Virus record (IMG/VR): IMGVR_UViG_2609459833_000015
Location: 1-17,614 of that record
Reading direction: 5' to 3' (one strand)
DNA length: 17,614 nucleotides
Origin: a virus
Taxonomy: Duplodnaviria > Heunggongvirae > Uroviricota > Caudoviricetes
Shown here: one piece after another, positions 7,773 through 14,611 of the stretch
How the letters are laid out: each line of letters starts with the position of its first letter
Position numbering within the stretch: position 1 is the stretch's first letter
Program-made: the position numbers and the translations under genes
Notes under the pieces: generated by a model
What the model was told of the DNA's origin: nothing
The model's input: only the letters and a program-made list of their open reading frames with translations
Databases searched by the model: none

Positions 7773-8399
7773 ATGGAAACGGTTGGTCAGCGTATAAAAG
7801 CTCTGAGAAGAGTTACCGGAACGTCCCAGAAAGAATTGGGTAAATTTTGTGGAGTAAGCGACGTTGCTGTGGGGTACTGGGAGAAAGACATCAATACCCC
7901 TGGTGGGGAGGCACTTTCGAAATTAGCGAAGTTCTTCAATACGTCAATAGATTACATTCTTTATGGTGCTGAGTTTGAAGGCAAACTCGTCACAAACATG
8001 CGCAGAGTTCCTGTAATATCGTGGGTTCAGGCTGGGCAGTTTACTGAGTGCAGGGCAGCAGAAGTGTTTAGTGAAGTGGACAAGTGGGTAGATACATCAT
8101 TAAAGATTGGTGATAACTCATTTGCATTAGAGGTTAAAGGTGACTCCATGACTAACCCTAATGGCCTCCCAACAATACCAGAAGGCGCAACAGTGATTGT
8201 AGATCCAGATGCAGAACCTCGTCATGGAAAAATAGTCATCGCTCGACTTGATGGAACAAACGAAGCTACAGTAAAAAAATTAGTCATCGATGGCCCTCAA
8301 AAGTTTTTAGTGCCATTAAATCCTCGGTATCCCAACATCCCTATCAATGGTAATTGCCTTATCATTGGTGTAGTCAAAGGAGTTCAATACGAACTCTAA
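7773..8399 (+). CDS. CI-like repressor (XRE-family HTH N-terminus, S24 LexA-like peptidase C-terminus)
   Basis: N-terminal HTH QKELGKFCGVSDVAVGYWE; C-terminal GDSM Ser-nucleophile motif and downstream Lys; 208 aa; divergent from cro-like gene. Confidence 0.85.
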   Translation: METVGQRIKALRRVTGTSQKELGKFCGVSDVAVGYWEKDINTPGGEALSKLAKFFNTSIDYILYGAEFEGKLVTNMRRVPVISWVQAGQFTECRAAEVFSEVDKWVDTSLKIGDNSFALEVKGDSMTNPNGLPTIPEGATVIVDPDAEPRHGKIVIARLDGTNEATVKKLVIDGPQKFLVPLNPRYPNIPINGNCLIIGVVKGVQYEL

Positions 8400-8605
8400 G
8401 ACCTCTCTTCTCTAACTAAGGCACCGAACTAAGAAAAGTTTGGTGTTTTCTCTTGCCATAATAACTAAGTTAAGTTAGATTTTATATCAAAGATAACGAA
8501 CAGGCAGGACGCCCACGAAGTAGCCGCCTGGGGCATATGAAGTCCAGGATGATTCGTTGAGTCATGTTGTGCCACCAGGCACTCATGTTAAAGCAGGTGT
8601 ATGAA

Positions 8606-8881
8606 ATGAAAGTCCAGATTTTAAACAATAACTGTGAAGTCGTTTGGTCATACGACATAGCCGCCCCTGTAGATCAGAGCGGCGATAGCTGGACCAATGG
8701 GAAACATCAGATTATGGCTGGAGTTGTGTTCTCTTTACGCCGTGCTTTGGAACAGGCTGAAGTATTTCCATCAGACCCTGAATGGAAATGGCCTTTTTCT
8801 ATTTGTCCAAATTCGGAGAGCACATTTCAGAAAATTGGTCAGAAAGTCGCACTCGAAGAGCATCAGCCAACTGTTTCCTGA
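8606..8881 (+). CDS. Hypothetical protein (first ORF downstream of CI)
   Basis: ATG 8606 with SD AGGTG six nt upstream; 91 aa, acidic, Trp-rich; 3' end overlaps the convergent ORF 8799..9044 by 83 bp and contains a plus-strand hairpin plus T-run. Confidence 0.35.
   Translation: MKVQILNNNCEVVWSYDIAAPVDQSGDSWTNGKHQIMAGVVFSLRRALEQAEVFPSDPEWKWPFSICPNSESTFQKIGQKVALEEHQPTVS
8764..8798 (+). terminator. Candidate intrinsic terminator (plus strand)
   Basis: ATTTCCAT (8764-8771), 10-nt loop, ATGGAAAT (8782-8789), then GGCC and TTTTT (8794-8798); AU-rich stem so likely weak. Confidence 0.3.
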
Positions 8882-9044
8882 TTTTTTCAGGTAACTCGTC
8901 GGCATCGCAGAAACAACAACGCTCGATCATGTTGAAAGCCGATTCGTAGAACTGTTTCTGCTGAGTGTCGCTGAGACAGGAAAAGAGCGACGTTACGATG
9001 ATTTTATTAATTGCATTATCAAGTTCTTTTTCATCAAAAGTCAT
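8799..9044 (-). CDS. Hypothetical protein (convergent to CI)
   Basis: ATG 9044 with SD AAGGA seven nt upstream; 81 aa with helical-looking hydrophilic composition; no family recognised. Confidence 0.4.
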   Translation of the reverse strand: MTFDEKELDNAINKIIVTSLFSCLSDTQQKQFYESAFNMIERCCFCDADELPEKIRKQLADALRVRLSDQFSEMCSPNLDK

Positions 9045-9284
9045 TTGATTTTCCTTTTATGTATACGGGCTTAAAAGGATACCACCGAGCCTGAAGTGGT
9101 GAAAAGACAGGCACATAACAGCTAAGTATTTTCAACCAAAGAGAATCCTTAGCGTTGTGGTGAATGCGGCTCAGCGCACGCGGGTTAAGGTTGAGGCTGA
9201 CAGTCGACCTTCTGTGGATACCCACCCGTCTGGTGTGCAACCTTCGCCAGGCACCGGGAGGCACCCGGCACCACAACTTTATGC

Positions 9285-9344
9285 TGTGTGTAGTCCTGGC
9301 GGTACCAGTTTGTACCCTTGCTTCCGGCTGGTACCGTCCTTTTT
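9285..9344 (+). ncRNA. DicF-like small RNA candidate ending in an intrinsic terminator
   Basis: 11-bp stem GGCGGTACCAG (9298-9308) paired with CTGGTACCGTC (9328-9338) followed by TTTTT (9340-9344); 5' arm GGCGGUACCAGUUUGUACCC closely resembles the DicF segment GGCGGUAUCAGUUUUACUCC as I recall it; 5' end not determinable. Confidence 0.45.
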
Positions 9345-9481
9345 ACAAAACAGAGAAGAGCATCACCGGACGACGGGCTCATAACCCAATCCATCCGGGC
9401 GGCAGTCACCGCAGGTGTTCTTCTCTGTTTTGTGGAGAAACTAACCGACCTTGCAGGGTCGATATGATGAGGAGCAGCAAA

Positions 9482-9844
9482 ATGGCTAGCGAACGCAGTA
9501 CTGATGTGCAGGCATTTATCGGGGAGCTGGACGGCGGCGTATTTGAAACCAAAATCGGCGCAGTTCTCAGTGAAGTCGCTTCCGGTGTGATGAACACGAA
9601 AACCAAAGGTAAGGTCTCACTCAACCTGGAAATCGAACCATTTGATGAGAACCGTGTGAAAATCAAACACAAACTCTCATATGTTCGCCCGACTAACCGC
9701 GGGAAAATTTCCGAAGAAGACACCACCGAAACGCCGATGTATGTCAATCGCGGTGGTCGCCTGACTATTCTGCAGGAAGACCAGGGACAATTACTGACTC
9801 TTGCCGGTGAACCTGACGGAAAACTCCGCGCAGCAGGTCATTAA
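9482..9844 (+). CDS. YfdP-like prophage protein
   Basis: 120 aa from ATG 9482 (SD GAGGAG 9469-9474), matching YfdP length and position upstream of YfdQ/R-like genes; alternative start ATG 9464. Confidence 0.5.
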   Translation: MASERSTDVQAFIGELDGGVFETKIGAVLSEVASGVMNTKTKGKVSLNLEIEPFDENRVKIKHKLSYVRPTNRGKISEEDTTETPMYVNRGGRLTILQEDQGQLLTLAGEPDGKLRAAGH

Positions 9845-9909
9845 TATCGTTCTTAATTAACTGATTATTTATCTCATCACTGAATATCTTAATATAGTGA
9901 GGACTTATT

Positions 9910-10734
9910 ATGTCTCAGAACTTAGACGCAACCGCAATTAATCAAATCCATGCCCTTATTTCTGCTCAGGGTGTTAATGAAATTATCAGTAAGATTGGTG
10001 CCGATGCTGTGGCATTGCCTGAGAATTTCCGCATTCATGATCTGGAAAAATTTAATTTAAATCGCTTCCGTTTCCGTGGTGCGCTTTCCACTGCCAGCAT
10101 CGATGACTTTACCCGTTATTCTAAAGATCTTGCAGATGAAGGCACCCGCTGCTTTATCGATGCCGATAATATGCGTGCCATCAGTGTGCTTAACCTGGGT
10201 ACTATTGATGAACCAGGTCACGCAGATAACACCGCCACTCTCAAACTGAAAAAGACAGCACCGTTCTCTGCCCTGCTGTCTGTTAATGGCGAGCGTAACT
10301 CCCAGAAGTCACTGGCAGAATGGATTGAAGACTGGGCCGACTATCTTGTGGGCTTTGATGCTAATGGTGACTCTATTAAGGCAACAAAAGCGGCTGCGGC
10401 AGTCCGTAAAATCACGATTGAAGCAAACCAGACCGCTGATTTTGAAGATAATGACTTCAGCGGCAAACGCTCTTTGATGGAGTCTGTCGAAGCGAAAACC
10501 AAAGACATTATACCAGTAGCATTTGAGTTTAAATGCGTTCCGTTTGAAGGCCTGAAAGAACGTCCGTTTAAATTACGCCTCAGCATTATCACTGGCGATC
10601 GTCCTGTACTGGTTCTGCGCATTATTCAGCTGGAAGCAGTGCAGGAGGAAATGGCTAACGAATTTCGTGATCTGCTTGTTGAGAAATTCAAAGACAGCAA
10701 AGTAGAAACCTTTATTGGTACTTTCACCGCCTGA
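9910..10734 (+). CDS. YfdQ-like prophage protein
   Basis: 274 aa, the length I recall for CPS-53 YfdQ; immediately followed by an HD-domain YfdR-like gene; SD GAGGA before ATG 9910. Confidence 0.55.
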   Translation: MSQNLDATAINQIHALISAQGVNEIISKIGADAVALPENFRIHDLEKFNLNRFRFRGALSTASIDDFTRYSKDLADEGTRCFIDADNMRAISVLNLGTIDEPGHADNTATLKLKKTAPFSALLSVNGERNSQKSLAEWIEDWADYLVGFDANGDSIKATKAAAAVRKITIEANQTADFEDNDFSGKRSLMESVEAKTKDIIPVAFEFKCVPFEGLKERPFKLRLSIITGDRPVLVLRIIQLEAVQEEMANEFRDLLVEKFKDSKVETFIGTFTA

Positions 10735-10861
10735 TTTCATTACTGCAAATGCCCCTGCGGGGGCATTTATGGAAACGTAATTAACTCAATAATCACCGGA
10801 TGGTGAGGGCTTCCTTTTACCCAAATTCAGCGCGGTGCAGCGCATATACGTGGAGAACAAA

Positions 10862-11398
10862 ATGTCATTTATTAAAACTTTTTCCGGGAAGCATTTTTAT
10901 TATGACAAGATAAATAAAGATGACATCGTTATTAACGATATCGCGGTTTCCCTTTCAAATATCTGTCGCTTTGCCGGTCATCTTTCTCACTTCTACAGCG
11001 TCGCCCAACATGCGGTGCTTTGCAGCCAGCTGGTGCCGCAGGAATTTGCTTTTGAAGCGTTAATGCATGATGCAACAGAAGCGTATTGCCAGGACATCCC
11101 AGCTCCACTGAAACGCCTTCTTCCTGACTATAAACGGATGGAAGAAAAAATAGACGCCGTAATCCGTGAGAAATACGGGTTACCTCCTGTTATGAGCACG
11201 CCAGTGAAATATGCCGATCTCATTATGCTGGCAACCGAACGTCGCGATCTCGGGCTTGATGATGGCTCTTTCTGGCCTGTACTGGAAGGTATCCCGGCGA
11301 CAGAGATGTTCAAAGTTATTCCACTGTCACCAGGCCATGCCTACGGGATGTTTATGGAACGTTTTAACGAGTTATCGGAGTTACGCAAATGCGCATGA
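10862..11398 (+). CDS. HD-domain phosphohydrolase (YfdR-like 5'-deoxynucleotidase)
   Basis: HD signature (VAQHAV ... LMHDATE); 178 aa from ATG 10862 with SD GGAG; the track ORF begins at an upstream GTG (10835). Confidence 0.7.
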   Translation: MSFIKTFSGKHFYYDKINKDDIVINDIAVSLSNICRFAGHLSHFYSVAQHAVLCSQLVPQEFAFEALMHDATEAYCQDIPAPLKRLLPDYKRMEEKIDAVIREKYGLPPVMSTPVKYADLIMLATERRDLGLDDGSFWPVLEGIPATEMFKVIPLSPGHAYGMFMERFNELSELRKCA

Positions 11399-11751
11399 AT
11401 GTTTTCGAAATGGAAGGGTTTCTTCGCGGGAAATGTGTACCACGAGATCTGAAAGTGAATGAAACAAATGCTGAGTACCTGGTACGTAAATTCGATGCGC
11501 TTGAAGCTAAATGTGCGGCACTGGAAAACAAAATAATACCAGTGTCAGCTGAACTGCCGCCAGCAAATGAAAGTGTTCTGTTATTTGATGCTAATGGAGA
11601 AGGCTGGCTAATTGGCTGGCGTTCTCTCTGGTACACCTGGGGACAAAAAGAAACCGGAGAATGGCTGTGGACATTTCAGGTCGGGGACCTTGAAAACGTC
11701 AATATCACTCACTGGGCAGTAATGCCGAAAGCACCGAAGAATAAAAAATGA
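11389..11751 (+). CDS. DUF551-like protein (YfdS-like)
   Basis: 120 aa; C-terminal GWLIGWRSLWYTW...THWAVMP resembles the DUF551 domain; SD GGAG eight nt before ATG 11389; overlaps the YfdR-like stop. Confidence 0.55.
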   Translation: MRMNVFEMEGFLRGKCVPRDLKVNETNAEYLVRKFDALEAKCAALENKIIPVSAELPPANESVLLFDANGEGWLIGWRSLWYTWGQKETGEWLWTFQVGDLENVNITHWAVMPKAPKNKK

Positions 11752-11951
11752 GCGTGATAAAAACTCATACAGGAATTGTTATCACCCGAGACGGTCCGCA
11801 GGTAAAAAAACTGCACCAGACAAAGCGGATGTGGGTCGTCGGAAAAAACGAGTTTTACCACAAAGAAACCGGACGCCGCCACTTTGCAGAAAATACTCGC
11901 CGCCGACTGCTGATCGATACCATCAAGCCTATCGAGGTGAAGCATGTTTAA
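11748..11951 (+). CDS. Hypothetical small protein (67 aa)
   Basis: ATGA overlap with the upstream stop; basic small protein; no family recognised. Confidence 0.4.
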   Translation: MSVIKTHTGIVITRDGPQVKKLHQTKRMWVVGKNEFYHKETGRRHFAENTRRRLLIDTIKPIEVKHV

Positions 11952-12183
11952 ACAGAACGAAAAATCTATCGCTCAAATTGCTGAGTATATCCCGCGTGCG
12001 TGCCGGGATATGCAGTTGCAGGAAGCCAAAGCACGCCTGGAGAAAAAAATTGCGCTCTATATCGATGACGGCTGTGATGCCGCCGTTCTTAACGCGGCGT
12101 TCGCGCCAGCTCTTAACAGTCATACGCGAAAGTCTTTTTTTTCGTGCATCACAGCGCAGATCCGTAAAGGAGGCAACCAGTGA
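11944..12183 (+). CDS. Hypothetical small protein (79 aa)
   Basis: SD GAGGTG (11934-11939) before ATG 11944; stop overlaps the next gene's GTG start. Confidence 0.45.
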   Translation: MFKQNEKSIAQIAEYIPRACRDMQLQEAKARLEKKIALYIDDGCDAAVLNAAFAPALNSHTRKSFFSCITAQIRKGGNQ

Positions 12184-12995
12184 GCAACATTAACTATCAG
12201 GTACTGCGTGAAAAGGCAGAGAAAGCAACTAAAGGAAGCTACATCGTAGGGCATACATCTGTTAACCAACACGGCAATTTAACAGGAGTTTTTGTTTGTC
12301 AAAAATGGAAAGGAGAACCCGGTGGCGTAATTGCAGAATGTCACGTTAACTGCCTGGTTGAAACAGATGCTCAGGCTTATGCAAACGCTGAATTCATAGC
12401 AGAGGCTAACCCGGCTACCGTGCTGGCACTGCTGGATGAACGGGAAAGAAACCTGCAATACATCAAAAGCCGCGATCAGGAGAACGAGGATATTGCGCTA
12501 ACGGTAGGGAAGCTGAGAGTTGAGCTTGAGGAAGTAAAACAACACGCTGAAGAATTATCCGAAACCAAGGCTGTTCGTAACCAATGGCGGCCAGATATTT
12601 GCCCAATAACCGGACGTGCATTTTTCATGTGGATTGAGCATCCAACATTGGGAAATGTGCCGACATATGGTGGCCCATTAGATAGTTACACCATTCCAAC
12701 AAAGGACGGTGACGGTGAGTTTTCATGTGAGCGTTACGATCATGATTTTGGCGGTTGGGTAGAAAGCGAATGTCTTGGGTTATATCTGATTGATGATAGA
12801 GAACAATGCAGGGTCTACGAACTGGAGGAACGCGTTAAGGAACTGGATGCTCGGGAAATATCGCTCCCGGAACGTAGCAGCATGCTTCATCGAACAGATT
12901 TTCACGATGATTACCAAACGGTAATGGCATACAAAGTTTCTGAAGTCATCGCTGCAATCCGCGCCGCAGGCATTCGCATCAAAGGAGGTGAGTAA
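12180..12995 (+). CDS. Ead/Ea22-like protein
   Basis: GTG start with strong SD AGGAGG; central coiled-coil-like region and Trp/Cys-rich C-terminal half typical of Ea22-like prophage proteins as recalled. Confidence 0.55.
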   Translation: MSNINYQVLREKAEKATKGSYIVGHTSVNQHGNLTGVFVCQKWKGEPGGVIAECHVNCLVETDAQAYANAEFIAEANPATVLALLDERERNLQYIKSRDQENEDIALTVGKLRVELEEVKQHAEELSETKAVRNQWRPDICPITGRAFFMWIEHPTLGNVPTYGGPLDSYTIPTKDGDGEFSCERYDHDFGGWVESECLGLYLIDDREQCRVYELEERVKELDAREISLPERSSMLHRTDFHDDYQTVMAYKVSEVIAAIRAAGIRIKGGE

Positions 12996-13171
12996 TGCGT
13001 GTGGCATGTATCGGCTTGTTACCGTACCCGACTCGTTTTTGGGCTTCTGCGCTAATTGCAAAGCCACATGTCCTGATGGCTGACAACATCATCCCGGCAC
13101 CAAAGCGCCGCCATACCGGTATTGCAGCGGCACGACGAGCAGCAAAGAAACGCAGGAGAACAAAACGATGA
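12995..13171 (+). CDS. Small basic protein (58 aa; not in the ORF track because below its apparent 60-aa cutoff)
   Basis: ATG 12995 overlaps the Ea22-like stop (TAATG) with SD AGGAGGTG; stop overlaps the next ATG (ATGA); C-terminus AAARRAAKKRRRTKR. Confidence 0.4.
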   Translation: MRVACIGLLPYPTRFWASALIAKPHVLMADNIIPAPKRRHTGIAAARRAAKKRRRTKR

Positions 13172-13350
13172 AAAACCGTAAGGCAAAAATTCTGTTAGCT
13201 CGCAGAAACGGTGTTGGGGTCTGGCGATGGTTGAGGATTAGTAACAGACGAGTGAGGTTGACGGGGTGTTGCGGGGTGATGGGGCACAGTTGTTGCAAAA
13301 AGCCTAGCGCGTCACAGAACAGGCGGAAGAAAGGGTACGCAGTAAGATGA
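13168..13350 (+). CDS. Small Arg/Trp-rich protein, paralogue A (60 aa)
   Basis: Shares MKNRKAK, WLR(I/V)SNRRV(R/V)L and SA(S/A)QNR blocks with the next ORF; conserved residues use different synonymous codons (aga vs cgc, cga vs cgt). Confidence 0.5.
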   Translation: MKNRKAKILLARRNGVGVWRWLRISNRRVRLTGCCGVMGHSCCKKPSASQNRRKKGYAVR

Positions 13351-13538
13351 AAAACCGTAAAGCAAAGATGCTTATCTCCCGTGTATACAGACGTTGCTAT
13401 CCCAGCCAGTGGTTGAGAGTTAGCAATCGCCGTGTGGTGTTGTACTTATATTCTGGAATTGCCAGAGAGGGAATCAAAGATAAGCGCAGCGCGGCGCAAA
13501 ACCGCTGGAAAAACCACTTACGCACTAAAGGAGCCTGA
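13347..13538 (+). CDS. Small Arg/Trp-rich protein, paralogue B (63 aa)
   Basis: Tandem paralogue of 13168..13350 with an in-frame 3-nt indel; ATGA overlap with the upstream stop. Confidence 0.5.
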   Translation: MKNRKAKMLISRVYRRCYPSQWLRVSNRRVVLYLYSGIAREGIKDKRSAAQNRWKNHLRTKGA

Positions 13539-13539
13539 T

Positions 13540-13749
13540 ATGGCTATTTCCGCAAGTTACACCATGCATCTCTACTGTGATTGTTGCCAGTGTACAAATG
13601 GTAAATATCAAACGCCAGACTTCGGTGAGTATATCGGTACGTCATGGGCTGGCTGTGCAAAAGAGGCGCGCAAGGATGGCTGGCGAATAAGCAAAGACAA
13701 AACACGTGCTTTTGCGCCCGGGCATAAAGTTTTGAGGATTAATAAATGA
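13540..13749 (+). CDS. Small Cys-rich protein (69 aa; possible metal-binding CxCCxC)
   Basis: ATG 13540 with SD AGGAG; HLYCDCCQC motif; the track ORF 13432..13749 has an N-terminal extension overlapping the previous gene. Confidence 0.45.
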   Translation: MAISASYTMHLYCDCCQCTNGKYQTPDFGEYIGTSWAGCAKEARKDGWRISKDKTRAFAPGHKVLRINK

Positions 13750-14195
13750 CCACTATTACCAGAGAAAACGCGGAAATTAAATCATTCATCACTGGTTTCC
13801 TGAGCGACCCGGCGCACGATAACCAATCTTCAAGCAGCCTGCTTGCCAATGTGTTTCGTATCGCACTGGCATCGTTGGAAGCAGAGCCAGTCGCGTGGCG
13901 ATATCGCTACGTGAAAAAAGGTGTTACGGACTCTCAGGGGGATTCGTGGGTTGGTGACTGGAAATATGTACCGACAAAAGAGGATTGCAACGACAGACCG
14001 AACTATGAAATTCAGGCGTTATTCACTGCCCCGCCTGTGCCACTGACATCAGAAGGATTGATTAAAGCAGTGCGTTTCTATGAACAGGTTAAGCGTGAAA
14101 ATCCGCCAGTCGAAACCGGAGCATGGAAAGACGCTGTTGACTGGGTACTCAAAGAGGCTTGCCAGGCTGTAAACATTGGCATCAAAGGAGAGTGA
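13746..14195 (+). CDS. Hypothetical protein (149 aa)
   Basis: ATGA overlap with the upstream stop; SD GAGGA; shares an N-terminal module (RIALASLEAEPV) with the 14612..15556 gene. Confidence 0.5.
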   Translation: MTTITRENAEIKSFITGFLSDPAHDNQSSSSLLANVFRIALASLEAEPVAWRYRYVKKGVTDSQGDSWVGDWKYVPTKEDCNDRPNYEIQALFTAPPVPLTSEGLIKAVRFYEQVKRENPPVETGAWKDAVDWVLKEACQAVNIGIKGE

Positions 14196-14196
14196 T

Positions 14197-14418
14197 ATGG
14201 CTAACTCATTACTTGAAACCTGCAACAACTAGCAGATTCAGAGGGCGGAGATTTTATCTCGCAATCCAGATATGGCAATGACAATTGATAACCTGGATAC
14301 GCTAATTGAACGGACCGTGCGTTCTGCAATTGATATAGCACATCGAGTAGATTGGGATTTCAGAGAAGCGGAGCGACTCGCTAAAGAGCAGGCGAAAGCA
14401 GCGGGTAAAGGAGAGTGA
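14197..14418 (+). pseudogene. Small gene interrupted by an in-frame amber codon (TAG 14230-14232)
   Basis: ATG 14197 sits behind the same AAAGGAGAGTGATATG cassette used by the neighbouring gene; the frame runs 11 codons, TAG, then 61 more codons ending GKGE-stop at 14416-14418 directly coupled to the next gene. Confidence 0.35.
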
Positions 14419-14419
14419 T

Positions 14420-14608
14420 ATGTCACTGACGGTGAGGCAATTAATCAGCAAGCTCAGAAAAATGCCTCCTGAGGCTGTCGTGGTCTGGCAGGGCTATGAA
14501 CAATCAGAGTGTGAGTATAACGACTTTGTAGGTCATGTTGCTGATATTACAGATGAAAATTCATCATCCTTTGACCCAGAAGTGCGCGTTGTGGCGCTAA
14601 GAGGATAA
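14420..14608 (+). CDS. Hypothetical small protein (62 aa)
   Basis: SD AAAGGAGAG before ATG 14420. Confidence 0.45.
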   Translation: MSLTVRQLISKLRKMPPEAVVVWQGYEQSECEYNDFVGHVADITDENSSSFDPEVRVVALRG

Positions 14609-14611
14609 CCC

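Noticed and set aside
9157-9384. Plus-strand 75-aa ORF (and the N-terminal extension of track ORF 9164..9844) across the GC-rich region
   Set aside because: Pro/Gly/Arg-rich translation typical of GC-rich non-coding sequence, no SD, and it reads straight through the DicF-like terminator hairpin; treated as structured RNA instead.
9431-9447. TGTGGAGAAACTAAC motif, identical to the SD context of the minus-strand gene at 6883, as the start of a plus-strand gene
   Set aside because: No start codon at suitable spacing; the nearest in-frame TTG opens only a 12-codon frame. More likely part of the terminator-like structure, or a recurrent SD-like motif (TTTGTGGAGAAA also precedes the Q, KilA-N and 131-aa genes).
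9185-9747. Minus-strand ORFs 9185..9409 and 9406..9747
   Set aside because: Antisense to the structured region and to the yfdP-like gene; no SD or start context; low-complexity translation.
14238-14426. Minus-strand 62-aa ORF
   Set aside because: Antisense shadow of the amber-interrupted plus-strand gene, which has the conserved SD/start cassette and coupling to neighbours.
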